Shown one piece after another: positions 28,361-38,620 of a stretch of DNA of 64,000 bases (within the stretch, counting starts at the first letter, position 1; every line of letters starts with the position of its first letter). Where the stretch lies: positions 252,138-316,137 of the forward strand of contig MHTK01000006.1 in assembly GCA_001824825.1 (NCBI GenBank), in the 5' to 3' direction. The notes below the pieces were generated by a model. That model saw only the letters and a program-made list of their open reading frames with translations, had not been told where the DNA came from and searched no databases. Source of the stretch: Candidatus Vogelbacteria bacterium RIFOXYD1_FULL_46_19 (GTDB lineage: Bacteria; Patescibacteriota; Minisyncoccia; Phycocordibacterales; XYD1-FULL-46-19). The position numbers and the translations under genes are program-made.

Positions 28361-29978
28361 GCTTAAATCCCTTCCAACGCATCCACCAACGAATCACAGA
28401 AGAGTAAACTTTATAGTAGTAATAAGTCTTTTGTCTTTCTCCTCCAAAAGCCTCCTTAAACTCAGCTAAAGTCCTCAGGTGACTATTGGCTGAATCGGGG
28501 GAAATACCTCCTAAATCAAACTTGGTATAACCAACAGACTTGGCATACCCAATGGCTGCCCACAGGAGAAGGCGATTAGCCTGGCCGACGATTTCGCGAG
28601 AGACATCATCTTTAGGATATGACACCAAAGCCCAAGCTCTCATTATGGTACCATTCCCTAAAAACAAACCACCAGCCACCAGCTTATTACCATAATAAGC
28701 TAAAAATATATCCCCCGCCTTAACTACCGGGCCCAGCCTTTCTTTTGGTAAATTATTAAAGCCACGAAACTGCCTATATAATTGCTTGAACTTTTTTGTA
28801 TCCCGACTACACCTAACTAAGATCTTATTCTTTTCTCCCCGCCGAATTTGCTTCTGGATAAACTTCTGGCGGAAATTACTGAAAATATCATTCAGATCAT
28901 CGGTTAAGTTGATAATGGTAGTAAGCCCGACTTTCTGATAGAAACCTGGCAGTTCGGTATCATTATAGGAAAAAAAGTTCACCATAGCTGCTCCACTAAC
29001 TTCTTCGGGGTCAGAAAACCAAAACCAATGTTTAACCAAAAACCATTTGTAGACCAAGCCCCACCGGTAATGAACGACATCTGATTTTTTCTTGGTCTTC
29101 ACAATAAGCAGATGACCTAAATCATTGACTAGTGGAACTTTTTCCCCTAACCGAGACAAAAAACCGCCCCAGTGCTTGCTCAAACCAAGTTTCATTTCAA
29201 GAGGCCAGGTAATATCTATTTTTTTTACTATCTTAAAATCAAAAAAAGACCTCATTTCCTCTTTTAGTTCCCACTCTCTGAAGTAAAGAAAGGTAATCCC
29301 TGAAGAGTGGACCCCAACTTTAGGTTTGTTTTGTATTTTACGCCTTAAATCAAAGTGGTAAGCCGATAAGATAAATACCCCCGCGGGGGCTAAAGCCAGC
29401 TTTACTGATCGGAAAAAATCCGATCTCATTTGGCGAGTCGGTATATGTTCCACCACCTGAATGGATACCGCCACGTCAAAAGTACAAGATTTGGTTTTAA
29501 GTGAAGTAACTTCGGATTGCACTAAAGCTATATTGTCTCTATCACTGATTTTTTGGGCCAAAATCACAAGAGACTCATAAGAAAAATCTACTGCCACTAA
29601 AAGGTCCGCCTCAAGCAGATGAACCGTGACCCGACCTGTCCCCGAGCCATACTCGATGACCTTCTTATGGCGAACCGACCGAATAACCTCTAAGGTAGAC
29701 CGCAGTTCTTTGTCAAAACGAGAAGATAATTTATTATCGTAGGTTGACGCCTCTTGGTCTCGGGCTTTTATTTCTGACTGTAACTCAGGTTTAAGTTCAT
29801 CCAGAGCCGGCATCAGCCGTAGGATACCGTCGATAATTTGATACCGATGCTGAGGGTTTTTAGCACAAAGTACTTGTCCATTTTCTATCAACTGGCCTTC
29901 ATTATTTATCTCTAATAGTCCACTATCACAAGGACAACGGAGCACCCCTAAAGCCTGTCTAGGAAAACTTTTTATCAT
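28353..29978 (-). CDS. fusion protein: Zn-ribbon + class I SAM methyltransferase (N) / FemAB-family GNAT-fold aminoacyltransferase-like domain (C)
   Basis: 541 aa; 'CPCDSGLL...C' ribbon, 'EYGSGTGRVTVHLL' MTase motif I; C-terminal 'FLAYYGNKLVAGGLF...DLGGISPDSANSHLRTLAEFKEAFGGE' FemAB/FemX-like. Confidence 0.5.
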   Translation of the reverse strand: MIKSFPRQALGVLRCPCDSGLLEINNEGQLIENGQVLCAKNPQHRYQIIDGILRLMPALDELKPELQSEIKARDQEASTYDNKLSSRFDKELRSTLEVIRSVRHKKVIEYGSGTGRVTVHLLEADLLVAVDFSYESLVILAQKISDRDNIALVQSEVTSLKTKSCTFDVAVSIQVVEHIPTRQMRSDFFRSVKLALAPAGVFILSAYHFDLRRKIQNKPKVGVHSSGITFLYFREWELKEEMRSFFDFKIVKKIDITWPLEMKLGLSKHWGGFLSRLGEKVPLVNDLGHLLIVKTKKKSDVVHYRWGLVYKWFLVKHWFWFSDPEEVSGAAMVNFFSYNDTELPGFYQKVGLTTIINLTDDLNDIFSNFRQKFIQKQIRRGEKNKILVRCSRDTKKFKQLYRQFRGFNNLPKERLGPVVKAGDIFLAYYGNKLVAGGLFLGNGTIMRAWALVSYPKDDVSREIVGQANRLLLWAAIGYAKSVGYTKFDLGGISPDSANSHLRTLAEFKEAFGGERQKTYYYYKVYSSVIRWWMRWKGFKHV

Positions 29979-31081
29979 AAGTTTATTATTTCCATAACTT
30001 TTTGATAAAACTTGATGGGACTATGCTCTTCTTTTGCTACGGCCAAACTTTTTTGTTTCATATTAAGAAGTCGTTCTTTATCTATCATGACCCCTTTTAG
30101 CTTATCCGCCAGATCAGCTGGTTCCAAGGGGTCAAAAATAAATCCATTAACTCCTTCTTTAACATAACATTTTGTACCGTTATCGTTTGAACTTAACACA
30201 ACTAAACCATAACTCATAGCTTCCACCAGCGAGTAGGCGGCGGCTTCCTTGAAGCTGGGGAGAACAAAAATATCGCTGTTCTTATAAAACCCTGCCATTT
30301 CAGACCACTCCACATTGCGAAATATTTCAACAACATCCCCCAAGCTGTGATCTTTAACATATGTGTTGATTTTACTTAAATAGTCATCCTCGTCATCCTG
30401 ACCTACCAACCACAACTTAAGTGAAAAATCGGACTTTAACTGTTTAACTACTTGAAGCAGTAATAATTGATTTTTTCTGGCTTGAAATTTACCAACACCC
30501 AAAATTACAATTTTTTCACTTGATCCCAAACCAAGTCTACCGCTGCTTTCGGTGGGCGCTACGAATGGCAGGTAAATTAAATTATGATTGTCATTAGGAA
30601 ACTTTTCTTCACCTAAAACCGGAGTAATAGCGTAAGAGCCAAATAGTCGCCACAACCACTTAACCGAACCACTTCGTCTTTGTCTCCGATGTTTAGGAAT
30701 TTGCGTCATGACTATCATTTTTTTCCCCAGCAAAAAACCAATACCAAGAGCCATAAGAGAATACACTGTCGTTATATCTTTAACGAGTAAGACATCTGGC
30801 TTAATTTTTATTATGCCTGTCACTAGCCGCCAAGGTGATGGAAACCCGTAGCGCAATTCATATTGACTTTTAATGATCCCCCTACCCTCTTTACGACGCC
30901 ACTTACTCCACCACCTAAAAACTGGCGCGTAATCCAAAGAAATCGGTTTGACCAGATCATGACTTTCGGATACCCCCTTATACAAAACCAAAAAATCCAC
31001 ACTATGACCGTGATCTAGCAAGGTCTTAACTGGATAATAGAAATTGGTGTGAAACCGCGGCGCAATAAAAATAAATTTCAT
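29975..31081 (-). CDS. glycosyltransferase family 4
   Basis: 368 aa; 'SFKEAAAYSLVEAMSYGLVVLSS'. Confidence 0.65.
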   Translation of the reverse strand: MKFIFIAPRFHTNFYYPVKTLLDHGHSVDFLVLYKGVSESHDLVKPISLDYAPVFRWWSKWRRKEGRGIIKSQYELRYGFPSPWRLVTGIIKIKPDVLLVKDITTVYSLMALGIGFLLGKKMIVMTQIPKHRRQRRSGSVKWLWRLFGSYAITPVLGEEKFPNDNHNLIYLPFVAPTESSGRLGLGSSEKIVILGVGKFQARKNQLLLLQVVKQLKSDFSLKLWLVGQDDEDDYLSKINTYVKDHSLGDVVEIFRNVEWSEMAGFYKNSDIFVLPSFKEAAAYSLVEAMSYGLVVLSSNDNGTKCYVKEGVNGFIFDPLEPADLADKLKGVMIDKERLLNMKQKSLAVAKEEHSPIKFYQKVMEIINL

Positions 31082-31084
31082 GTT

Positions 31085-32764
31085 TTATAGTTCAATCAAA
31101 CGATAGTCATCATTTTGATACAAAGTCTTATTATGTAGATTCGACGATTGGAACAAATTTTCATACTTCCCACGCGGTATTAGCATATGAGTCATGCCAA
31201 GTGATCGAGCAAAAGTCTCAATACCAGAAAAACTTCCTGCTTGATCCACGTACTTTTTATAGAGCATTCTTTCATTATACCAATGCCGACTATTATCCAA
31301 CCCAGTAGTAACCCAAAGGTTTCCTTCTTTATTGGTAAGATTAGTATCATGCCGACTTAAAATTTTAAAACGAAAATCATTCTGCATATCGTTGAAAACA
31401 AAAACTTTAGTCTCAGCTGGTTCAAGTTCTTCACGGGCGAAGGTTGCGGCAGCTGCAGCATTAGAAAAAGTGCGCACGTCCTCTGGTGGAACAATTGGTG
31501 CCAGATTATAAGTAATTCGAACCGACTCTGGTATAATTGATCGAACTATGGTTCTTATCACTGGAGCAAAGAAACGAATCGGGGTGATAACAAGCAACAA
31601 AACAATCACAATCGCAATTACCTGACCATATCGATATTTTCGACTTACTATAGTAATTAAAGCGACCGACTGGGCTAGAAGCACCACCCCAACTATCCTC
31701 AGCGGACGGAGATGGTCAACAAAAAAAGGAATTTTTCCTTGAACTACGGCCCACCAGTTGGCAATTTCCACAACCAAAGAAAAAGAAATGGTTATTAAAG
31801 ACACCCCAGCTGTAATAGCTGTAAATTGATAAAACCAATGCAGTTGATCTTTATCTTTTCTTGATCGCCATAATAAATACAAAGAAGCCAAAAACAAAAT
31901 TAGAATAATAGTTTCGTCCCAAACCGACCGTTTAATATCAGCAATATCTACCGTTCTTAAAAAGCCACTGCCACGAAATTTGTACTGAATAATTTCTGAC
32001 TGAAATTTTTCTTCTACCGTCGAAAGCACCTTAGGCTCATCCAACATACCGGTATTGGGACTAAACAAGTGGTTCAAAACAAACGGCGACACAACCAGCG
32101 AATAAACTGCAATAAAAACTATAATTGGTTTAAGCATTTCTCGTCCACGTACTAGTAGAGCTGTCAGAATAAAACTACCGACAGTAATAACTCCAGACGG
32201 TGGATACAAGTAAACAGTAAGTCCGGCAACAGCCGCCAAAATAATATTCACTTTTGGACGATTTAATCCTTTTATTATCCACCAGTAGCTTAAAAGTATA
32301 TAGAAAGGCATAGCTAATATACTCCCTCTAACTACTCCTATATCAAGTAACCCAATCCGAGTTGGAAAAACAAATCTTGGAATAATCATCAAAGACGCTA
32401 AGATAGCCGCAAAAAACCAGCTACCGAACAAATCCCGCCCCACTAAACCAGTAATTAAAAAAGTTAAAGTAATAATAATAACGGCTAATATGTGGTAGCC
32501 AATAACCCCATTTTCAAGACTTGGGCTTAAATAATATAGAAGTGGAAAACCAATATATAGTTCTGACTGATTATAAGATGGTGGTACATCTTCCCAATAT
32601 TGAAACCGCTCCTGCATTTCCAAAAATTGATACCCCCAGACATCACTACTTAATTCACCAATCGTGGCCATCTTATTCTCATAAATATAAAAACTACATA
32701 AAAATAGAAGGACCGCGAAGAAAAAAACAGGATGATTAAGTTTAGAAGTTAAACGACTTATCAT
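31085..32764 (-). CDS. polytopic membrane protein, candidate GT-C-fold glycosyltransferase (GtrC/ArnT-like)
   Basis: 559 aa; ~11 TM helices in first 400 aa then soluble C-terminal domain; location in glycan cluster with GtrA/GtrB-like genes. Confidence 0.4.
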   Translation of the reverse strand: MISRLTSKLNHPVFFFAVLLFLCSFYIYENKMATIGELSSDVWGYQFLEMQERFQYWEDVPPSYNQSELYIGFPLLYYLSPSLENGVIGYHILAVIIITLTFLITGLVGRDLFGSWFFAAILASLMIIPRFVFPTRIGLLDIGVVRGSILAMPFYILLSYWWIIKGLNRPKVNIILAAVAGLTVYLYPPSGVITVGSFILTALLVRGREMLKPIIVFIAVYSLVVSPFVLNHLFSPNTGMLDEPKVLSTVEEKFQSEIIQYKFRGSGFLRTVDIADIKRSVWDETIILILFLASLYLLWRSRKDKDQLHWFYQFTAITAGVSLITISFSLVVEIANWWAVVQGKIPFFVDHLRPLRIVGVVLLAQSVALITIVSRKYRYGQVIAIVIVLLLVITPIRFFAPVIRTIVRSIIPESVRITYNLAPIVPPEDVRTFSNAAAAATFAREELEPAETKVFVFNDMQNDFRFKILSRHDTNLTNKEGNLWVTTGLDNSRHWYNERMLYKKYVDQAGSFSGIETFARSLGMTHMLIPRGKYENLFQSSNLHNKTLYQNDDYRLIEL

Positions 32765-33651
32765 ATCTTTTCGGCAATAAAATAAAGACCGTGGGCATTA
32801 TCAACTGCTCGGACATGTCGGGCAATAAGATGATCCAATCTGGTTAGAGGACTGAGTAAGAACATGAAAAAAACCAGCCAGACTTGATATAAAGTTTTCG
32901 ATCCAAAAGACAGAAAAAGAGACAACCAAGCACCACCAATAGAGACAACGGCGACCGTTGGGCCCCAAGCTGGTCCAGATTCTACAATTTTAAATCCTTG
33001 CAAAAGTTCCGCCATACCATACTCAGTCCAACGATAATAGTCCCTAGGTGAAGCATGATATCCAAGCATAAAAGGCGTAACAATGTATAATTGTCCGCCC
33101 GGCTTTAAGACTCGTCTACACTCATTAATAGTTGATACTGGCGACGGTAAATGTTCAAATACTGACTCACAAATCAAACCATCTATTGAAGTGTCCGCAA
33201 AAGGCAGAGTTTTAATATCAGTCACAATAGAAACCCCAGGGAAAGGATCGTAGTCAATATTGATAATAGAAGAGTTAACAATTTTCGAGCCAGAACCAAG
33301 ATTAAGAACAACTTTATCAGATGTAAATTTTTTTATGAATTGTTCAGCTGTCAACCCAACAAAAGGTGCAGCCACCTTATACAAAAAAATAAAAAATTCG
33401 GGCTTACGTTTAACGATAGATTTTAATTTTAAAATTAAATTATCTCCCCGATGATAGTCTGTCTCACCATTTATTAATTTATTATCTTTCGATGGATCAC
33501 GAAAAAAGATTTTATCGCCCTGAACAGGATACAAACGATCACACAACTCGCAACAAAAACCAGCTGACTGACGCTTAAGCCTAGCCTGGCAATAAGGACA
33601 GTTAATTAAATCCTCCACTGCCTGAAGTCCTGCCATAATTAAGCTAACCAA
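32761..33651 (-). CDS. Trm112-like zinc-ribbon + class I SAM-dependent methyltransferase
   Basis: 296 aa; 'CPYCQARL...CELCDRLYPV' ribbon; 'VLNLGSGSKI', 'LKPGGQLYI' MTase motifs. Confidence 0.6.
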   Translation of the reverse strand: MVSLIMAGLQAVEDLINCPYCQARLKRQSAGFCCELCDRLYPVQGDKIFFRDPSKDNKLINGETDYHRGDNLILKLKSIVKRKPEFFIFLYKVAAPFVGLTAEQFIKKFTSDKVVLNLGSGSKIVNSSIINIDYDPFPGVSIVTDIKTLPFADTSIDGLICESVFEHLPSPVSTINECRRVLKPGGQLYIVTPFMLGYHASPRDYYRWTEYGMAELLQGFKIVESGPAWGPTVAVVSIGGAWLSLFLSFGSKTLYQVWLVFFMFLLSPLTRLDHLIARHVRAVDNAHGLYFIAEKI

Positions 33652-34379
33652 TTTTTAAAATCGTTCAGAAACATTTCTACCACTTCATTGGTTTTGTAAT
33701 GAGAAACCATCGGACTAAAAAATTTAGGCGGTATGGTGACAATATGAGCGCCACTTAAATAAGCATCCCGAATGCTAACAACATTTCGTATAGAGCCAAC
33801 TATTATTTCCGTCGTCAAATTTGACTTATCTAATAGATCACGAGTACGACGCACGGCTATCGCTGGATTAAAATCACTATCATCAATCGTTTTATCTGCA
33901 AACATTTTCTCTCTGTCACTGGCAAATTTTTCATCCTTACCAGCATCACCTATTCGTCCCCAGAAAAGACTCACATATCTAGCTCCAGCTCGAGCAGCCA
34001 TAATAGCTTGAGTAACTGTCATCACAGCTGTGCAATTTACATCTATGCCTTGGCGAGATAAATCATTAATCACCGCCAATTCATCCCAACCAACATGCAC
34101 TTTGACACAAAGACCAGGATAGCCAAATGACTCCTTAAATTTAACAGCCTGGGCAATCATTTCTTCCTGGTTTCTAGAAAAGACTTCAATACTAAGAGGT
34201 AGGTTGCCACTAGGATCATATTTTTTTATAAGATCAACTATCTTACCAACGTGATTTTCCAAACCACTTTTCGGTTCTTTGGCTAAGATTGAAGGATTTG
34301 TGGTTATACCACTGACAAACCCTCTTTTTAGAGCTTCTTCTATATCAGCTAAATTAGCAGTATCAACAAATATTTTCAT
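33639..34379 (-). CDS. tal: transaldolase / fructose-6-phosphate aldolase family (short TalC/MipB type)
   Basis: 246 aa; 'KIFVDTANLADIEEALKRGFVSGITTNPSI' is the Tal/FSA N-terminal signature. Confidence 0.65.
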   Translation of the reverse strand: MKIFVDTANLADIEEALKRGFVSGITTNPSILAKEPKSGLENHVGKIVDLIKKYDPSGNLPLSIEVFSRNQEEMIAQAVKFKESFGYPGLCVKVHVGWDELAVINDLSRQGIDVNCTAVMTVTQAIMAARAGARYVSLFWGRIGDAGKDEKFASDREKMFADKTIDDSDFNPAIAVRRTRDLLDKSNLTTEIIVGSIRNVVSIRDAYLSGAHIVTIPPKFFSPMVSHYKTNEVVEMFLNDFKNWLA

Positions 34380-34385
34380 TTTTAA

Positions 34386-35015
34386 CTATTTATTACTCCC
34401 TTTTGTATAAAAATCAGCAATCATTTCCTTAAGACGGAAGGTGATCAGATGAAATAATACAACGTGGAAAGATTCCACAAGTGGTGTTGAATTTACTTCA
34501 GCTATAATTGAGATATCAGACAAATTTTTCATGGCCCCACCGTCAAAACCAGAAAAACCAATAGCGGTACCCCTATGATCCTTGGCATATTGCATTGCCT
34601 TGAGTAAATTTTGAGACCAGACGCCCCCAGCTTCCCCACCAGAACCACCGTGAACACTGAAACCGATTACAATTCCACCTTCCTGCCAATAAGCTTGGAG
34701 AGCAGCGGTATAAGCTTCCCCCCAACCCCAATCATTAGTGGAAGCCGACACTAATGGAATATTATCAACTAAAGCTAGGGCTTTTACCCCCCGTTGATCT
34801 GGATTATTAATAACAGTTTTAACCAAATCAGCCGCAAAGTGAGTAGCTGTACTAGCCGAACCTCCGTTACCAATGATAAAAACTGGAGCTCCAGCCAGCC
34901 AGGCTTTAAAGATAGCGTCGATTGCTTGTTCAATCTGTACCTCCTGCTCTTTGAGTTTCAAAGACAGCTCGGCTGATTCATGCAAGTAGCTCACTATAAA
35001 GGATAATGATGACAT
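34386..35015 (-). CDS. gmhA: sedoheptulose-7-phosphate isomerase (SIS domain)
   Basis: 209 aa; 'APVFIIGNGGSASTATHFAADL' SIS phosphosugar-binding motif. Confidence 0.7.
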   Translation of the reverse strand: MSSLSFIVSYLHESAELSLKLKEQEVQIEQAIDAIFKAWLAGAPVFIIGNGGSASTATHFAADLVKTVINNPDQRGVKALALVDNIPLVSASTNDWGWGEAYTAALQAYWQEGGIVIGFSVHGGSGGEAGGVWSQNLLKAMQYAKDHRGTAIGFSGFDGGAMKNLSDISIIAEVNSTPLVESFHVVLFHLITFRLKEMIADFYTKGSNK

Positions 35016-35070
35016 TAGGAGATTATAGTGCTTACTCTCTTAATTGGCAACTACTAAAACAACGGCCTCC

Positions 35071-36060
35071 CTAAATCATAATATGCTTCACTCTGGCCCC
35101 ATTCGGATCAAGATCAAAACTCATCTCCCTCATATTAAAGCGTTCCAGAGCTCGCCTGACCTTGTTTTTTACTTTTTGAGATGGGGAGTAAATCATCAAA
35201 TATCCCCCTCCACCAGCGCCCATGATTTTTCCACCTAAAGCGCCCTGTGATTTTGCTTCATCATAAATCTCATCAAAAATGCTCGACGTCATTTTGTTAG
35301 ACATAGAACGTTTGATCTGCCAATGTTCATCCATCAGTTCACCAAAATCATCTAAATTACCCTTCTTAAAACTGGTCCAAATCTCTTGACCAATTTCTTT
35401 AGTTCGATGTTTTAATTGTAAAACCTTGTCTTTATTTTGAGCTGTTAATATTTTCTTACTTGGTCTGGACACACCGGTATAGTAAAACAAAGTTTTCTCA
35501 AAAAAATCTTTAATGGTTGCCGATTTTATCCCTGCACGACGTAATTCAATAGAGCCATCACGGGCTATATCAAATACAACTACCCCACCAAGCGAGCACA
35601 CGTAAGGATCCTGAACACCATCCGGCAAACCCAGATTTTGGGTCATTTGAAATGATTCAGCGGCCACCTGAAGATTAGAAATACTCTGACCGTTATAAGC
35701 GGCTAGACCCTTAAGTAAAGCCACCGAACAAGCCCCCGAAGAACCTAGACCAGTTCCCGCCGGCGTATCCGCTTTAAAAGAAATAGCCACATTAGATTTT
35801 ATCCCTCTCATTTTTAAAGCTTCACGAGCCAATTCATGCTGTACTTGGCTCACAGTCGTAACTGCTTCAAAATTTTTATAATGAACGTGGATTAAATCAT
35901 CGGAACGAGTTTTTTTAATCAGTACGTCCATATACAAATTGATTGTCAAACCAAAAATAAATCCACCGTATTTTTCATAATATGAAGCTAAGTCAGTTGA
36001 ACCGCCACCCAAAGGAATACGAAAAGGTACCCTGCATAAAATTATTGGATATGATGACAT
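35071..36060 (-). CDS. hddA: GHMP-family sugar kinase, probable D-glycero-alpha-D-manno-heptose-7-phosphate kinase
   Basis: 329 aa; 'PAGTGLGSSGACSVALL' GHMP ATP-binding motif; flanked by gmhA and gmhB. Confidence 0.6.
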   Translation of the reverse strand: MSSYPIILCRVPFRIPLGGGSTDLASYYEKYGGFIFGLTINLYMDVLIKKTRSDDLIHVHYKNFEAVTTVSQVQHELAREALKMRGIKSNVAISFKADTPAGTGLGSSGACSVALLKGLAAYNGQSISNLQVAAESFQMTQNLGLPDGVQDPYVCSLGGVVVFDIARDGSIELRRAGIKSATIKDFFEKTLFYYTGVSRPSKKILTAQNKDKVLQLKHRTKEIGQEIWTSFKKGNLDDFGELMDEHWQIKRSMSNKMTSSIFDEIYDEAKSQGALGGKIMGAGGGGYLMIYSPSQKVKNKVRRALERFNMREMSFDLDPNGARVKHIMI

Positions 36061-36063
36061 AGG

Positions 36064-36636
36064 TCAGATATTTAAACGATTCAGAATAATACTAAGCGCT
36101 TCTGATAAATTAGAAACTTCGTAATCAGCTTGGGGCTTGACGGCCCCACCCCAAGTAGTTGCGGCGGTTGAGATAAGAATGGTTGAACAACCCAACTGAC
36201 GTCCAAACTCCATATCTCCAGATCGATCCCCGATCATATAAGATTTGCTAAAATTAATATCAGGAAAGTCTTCTTTAGCGAGTCTGGTTGCCATACCCAA
36301 CTTTGGTTTTTTGCAATCACACTCTGCTTCCCCGTCGTCATGCGGGCAATAATAAAAATTATCGATAGGTAAACCTAAGTTGTATTTCAAGTGATTGTGA
36401 ATTTTTTCTGTATCATCCTTAGTCATTTCTCCTCTGGCAATATTGGGCTGATTGGTAACTACCAATAAAATATACCCGGCTTTTTTAAAACCAACCAGGG
36501 CTTCCTTTACCCCATTTAGAATAGAGACTTCCTTTATATTTCGACAAGTAACTAATCGACCCCCATCAAAAACAACATCTACTAAAATACCATCACGATC
36601 TAAAAATACAACTTGTTGTGTTTTAGTAGAAATCAT
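36064..36636 (-). CDS. gmhB: D-glycero-D-manno-heptose 1,7-bisphosphate phosphatase (HAD-IIIA)
   Basis: 190 aa; 'VVFLDRDGILV', 'VVTNQPNIARG', Zn-binding 'CPHDDGEAECDCKKP'. Confidence 0.7.
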   Translation of the reverse strand: MISTKTQQVVFLDRDGILVDVVFDGGRLVTCRNIKEVSILNGVKEALVGFKKAGYILLVVTNQPNIARGEMTKDDTEKIHNHLKYNLGLPIDNFYYCPHDDGEAECDCKKPKLGMATRLAKEDFPDINFSKSYMIGDRSGDMEFGRQLGCSTILISTAATTWGGAVKPQADYEVSNLSEALSIILNRLNI

Positions 36637-36646
36637 TTGACTATAT

Positions 36647-38620
36647 TTATTGAATCATCGTTTTGATTTTTCTAGCGACACTGACAGCGGTAATAATTTT
36701 TCCACTCAAAACTGAAAAGCACCCGAAACTATGATCGGTAACTTCGGTTGGTCTAGCATCATCTTTCAAGCTGTTTTTTTCTATAGGTAAAATGACAAAC
36801 ATGGAATTAACATACTCGGCAGTTTCTAAAAACGGAAACCACTCTCGACAGCGCTTTTTCATCTCCGGCCAATGACTTTTTGTTTTATTAAGTACCTTTT
36901 TAAGTTTTAACAAATCTCTATGTCCTCTTCCTATTTTATGGATAGATAAAGGGGCATCACCAAAGGTATATAAATCTGAATTACCTAAAGGGACTAGAGT
37001 TGCAAAAGGACCATCCATAATCATTACCGCCGTCCTAGGTAAAGTTTTTGACAAGCGAATGATAGCTATTTCTTTCAGGCGAAATTCCAAGTTTCTCTCT
37101 TTAAAACCAAGCCAAGAGCAAAAATTATTGTGGTCAACATAAGTAGTATTGAGGACAAAATCAAAACTATCTTTGTATCGCCGATTGTCTGATTTTATTG
37201 TTAAAATTTTCTGTCCATCTTCAGATAAACTAGCACCAACTACTTCTGTCTTAAGTTTGATTTTAATTTGTTTGTTTTCTACCAATCTTGATTTTATGTC
37301 TCTAACTAAATAATCATAATCCAATACCGCTTCAGGAGTTTTCAGAGATAAACCAACTGTGTCAGCATTCAAAAATTCCGATGGCGGATATTCTCTCTCA
37401 TAAGGCAAGCTCATCTCATCGCAAACTTTCATAAATTCTTTAGGCAAAGTTAAAGACCCTTTTTTTGCAATTGCATAATAAGCCGGAAAGGAACGGATGA
37501 TCGACTGGTGGTAAAATTTCTCAAAATCTGAAGTGGCTAATTTAATTTCAGAGATTGTTTCCCGACTGCGTGGATAATGATACCCCATATGGTGCCGATA
37601 TTGATTGCCTTTGGAAGCTCCCTGCATGATCTGTGCTTCGCGTTCAAAAACTGTCACTTCAGCGATATTTTTTAAGTGCAAAGCAACTGTTAAACCAAAA
37701 ATACCCCCTCCAATCACTGCAATTTTAGGCCTAGACAACTTTTTGGCTTTAAGAGTGGCCCTTTCTGCGATTTGAATGATTTTCAACCCGACTTCAGCTT
37801 TAGGAACAATCACAGTTTGTCCTGTCAAAAACTGTCTGAATACTTCCAACTCCCGCTCCAAGGGATCAGGTTTCATTGAACAAAGAACTGTCTTATGACG
37901 ACACCCCTCTCTAATAATAATCGAACCAGTTTGAAAATCACAGTCAAAAATTTTGTTTTTGGACTGAACAGTAAAGATCCTTTCTTTAATCTCATCCTGC
38001 CAACCTAAAACAAAATTAGCTAACACCCCATTAGGATAGCGTAGATTAATTTTTTTAATTTTATTTGTTCCTCGCGTCCAAACAATGTCGGGCTTCTCTC
38101 CCCAAAGAAAATCTACTACATCAAAAAAGTGAAGCTTTTCAAACGCTGGATCTTCGCCCCGCCAAGTTTCAACCGGACTAATAAACCGCCCGGTCACTTC
38201 ACAAGTTTTTGGATTAACGTTCTTTATCAAACTTTTTAACTTTAAAGTAACCGGGTGAAATCGATAAATATGACCAACTACCAACGAATGATTATACCTC
38301 TTAGCTAGAGATAAAAGTTCTTTAGCTTGTTTAGAGTTTAAGGCAAGCGGTTTTTCGACAAAAACATGGCAATAAGGTAGACACTTTTTAACTAACCGAT
38401 AATGAGTTGAAGCGGGAGTAACAATATCAACCGCATCTACTGATTTTAAAAGATTTGTAGTTAATCTGGGACCCTGAGACTTAGTAATAATGCCTACCAA
38501 ATCAATTTTTCCGACCTTATGAAATTGTTTCAACACTCTTTCGTGGTGAACACCAAAGCGACCCACTCCAACAAGTATGATCCGTGGCAAGCGTTTATAC
38601 ATATTATTTTTCACTAGCAC
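36647..38620 (-). CDS. two-domain oxidoreductase: Gfo/Idh/MocA NAD(P)-binding domain fused to FAD-dependent oxidoreductase domain
   Basis: 657 aa; N-terminal 'RIILVGVGRFGVHH...' + 'FVEKPLA' Gfo/Idh/MocA consensus; central 'KIAVIGGGIFGLTVALHL' FAD dinucleotide-binding fold. Confidence 0.5.
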   Translation of the reverse strand: MLVKNNMYKRLPRIILVGVGRFGVHHERVLKQFHKVGKIDLVGIITKSQGPRLTTNLLKSVDAVDIVTPASTHYRLVKKCLPYCHVFVEKPLALNSKQAKELLSLAKRYNHSLVVGHIYRFHPVTLKLKSLIKNVNPKTCEVTGRFISPVETWRGEDPAFEKLHFFDVVDFLWGEKPDIVWTRGTNKIKKINLRYPNGVLANFVLGWQDEIKERIFTVQSKNKIFDCDFQTGSIIIREGCRHKTVLCSMKPDPLERELEVFRQFLTGQTVIVPKAEVGLKIIQIAERATLKAKKLSRPKIAVIGGGIFGLTVALHLKNIAEVTVFEREAQIMQGASKGNQYRHHMGYHYPRSRETISEIKLATSDFEKFYHQSIIRSFPAYYAIAKKGSLTLPKEFMKVCDEMSLPYEREYPPSEFLNADTVGLSLKTPEAVLDYDYLVRDIKSRLVENKQIKIKLKTEVVGASLSEDGQKILTIKSDNRRYKDSFDFVLNTTYVDHNNFCSWLGFKERNLEFRLKEIAIIRLSKTLPRTAVMIMDGPFATLVPLGNSDLYTFGDAPLSIHKIGRGHRDLLKLKKVLNKTKSHWPEMKKRCREWFPFLETAEYVNSMFVILPIEKNSLKDDARPTEVTDHSFGCFSVLSGKIITAVSVARKIKTMIQ

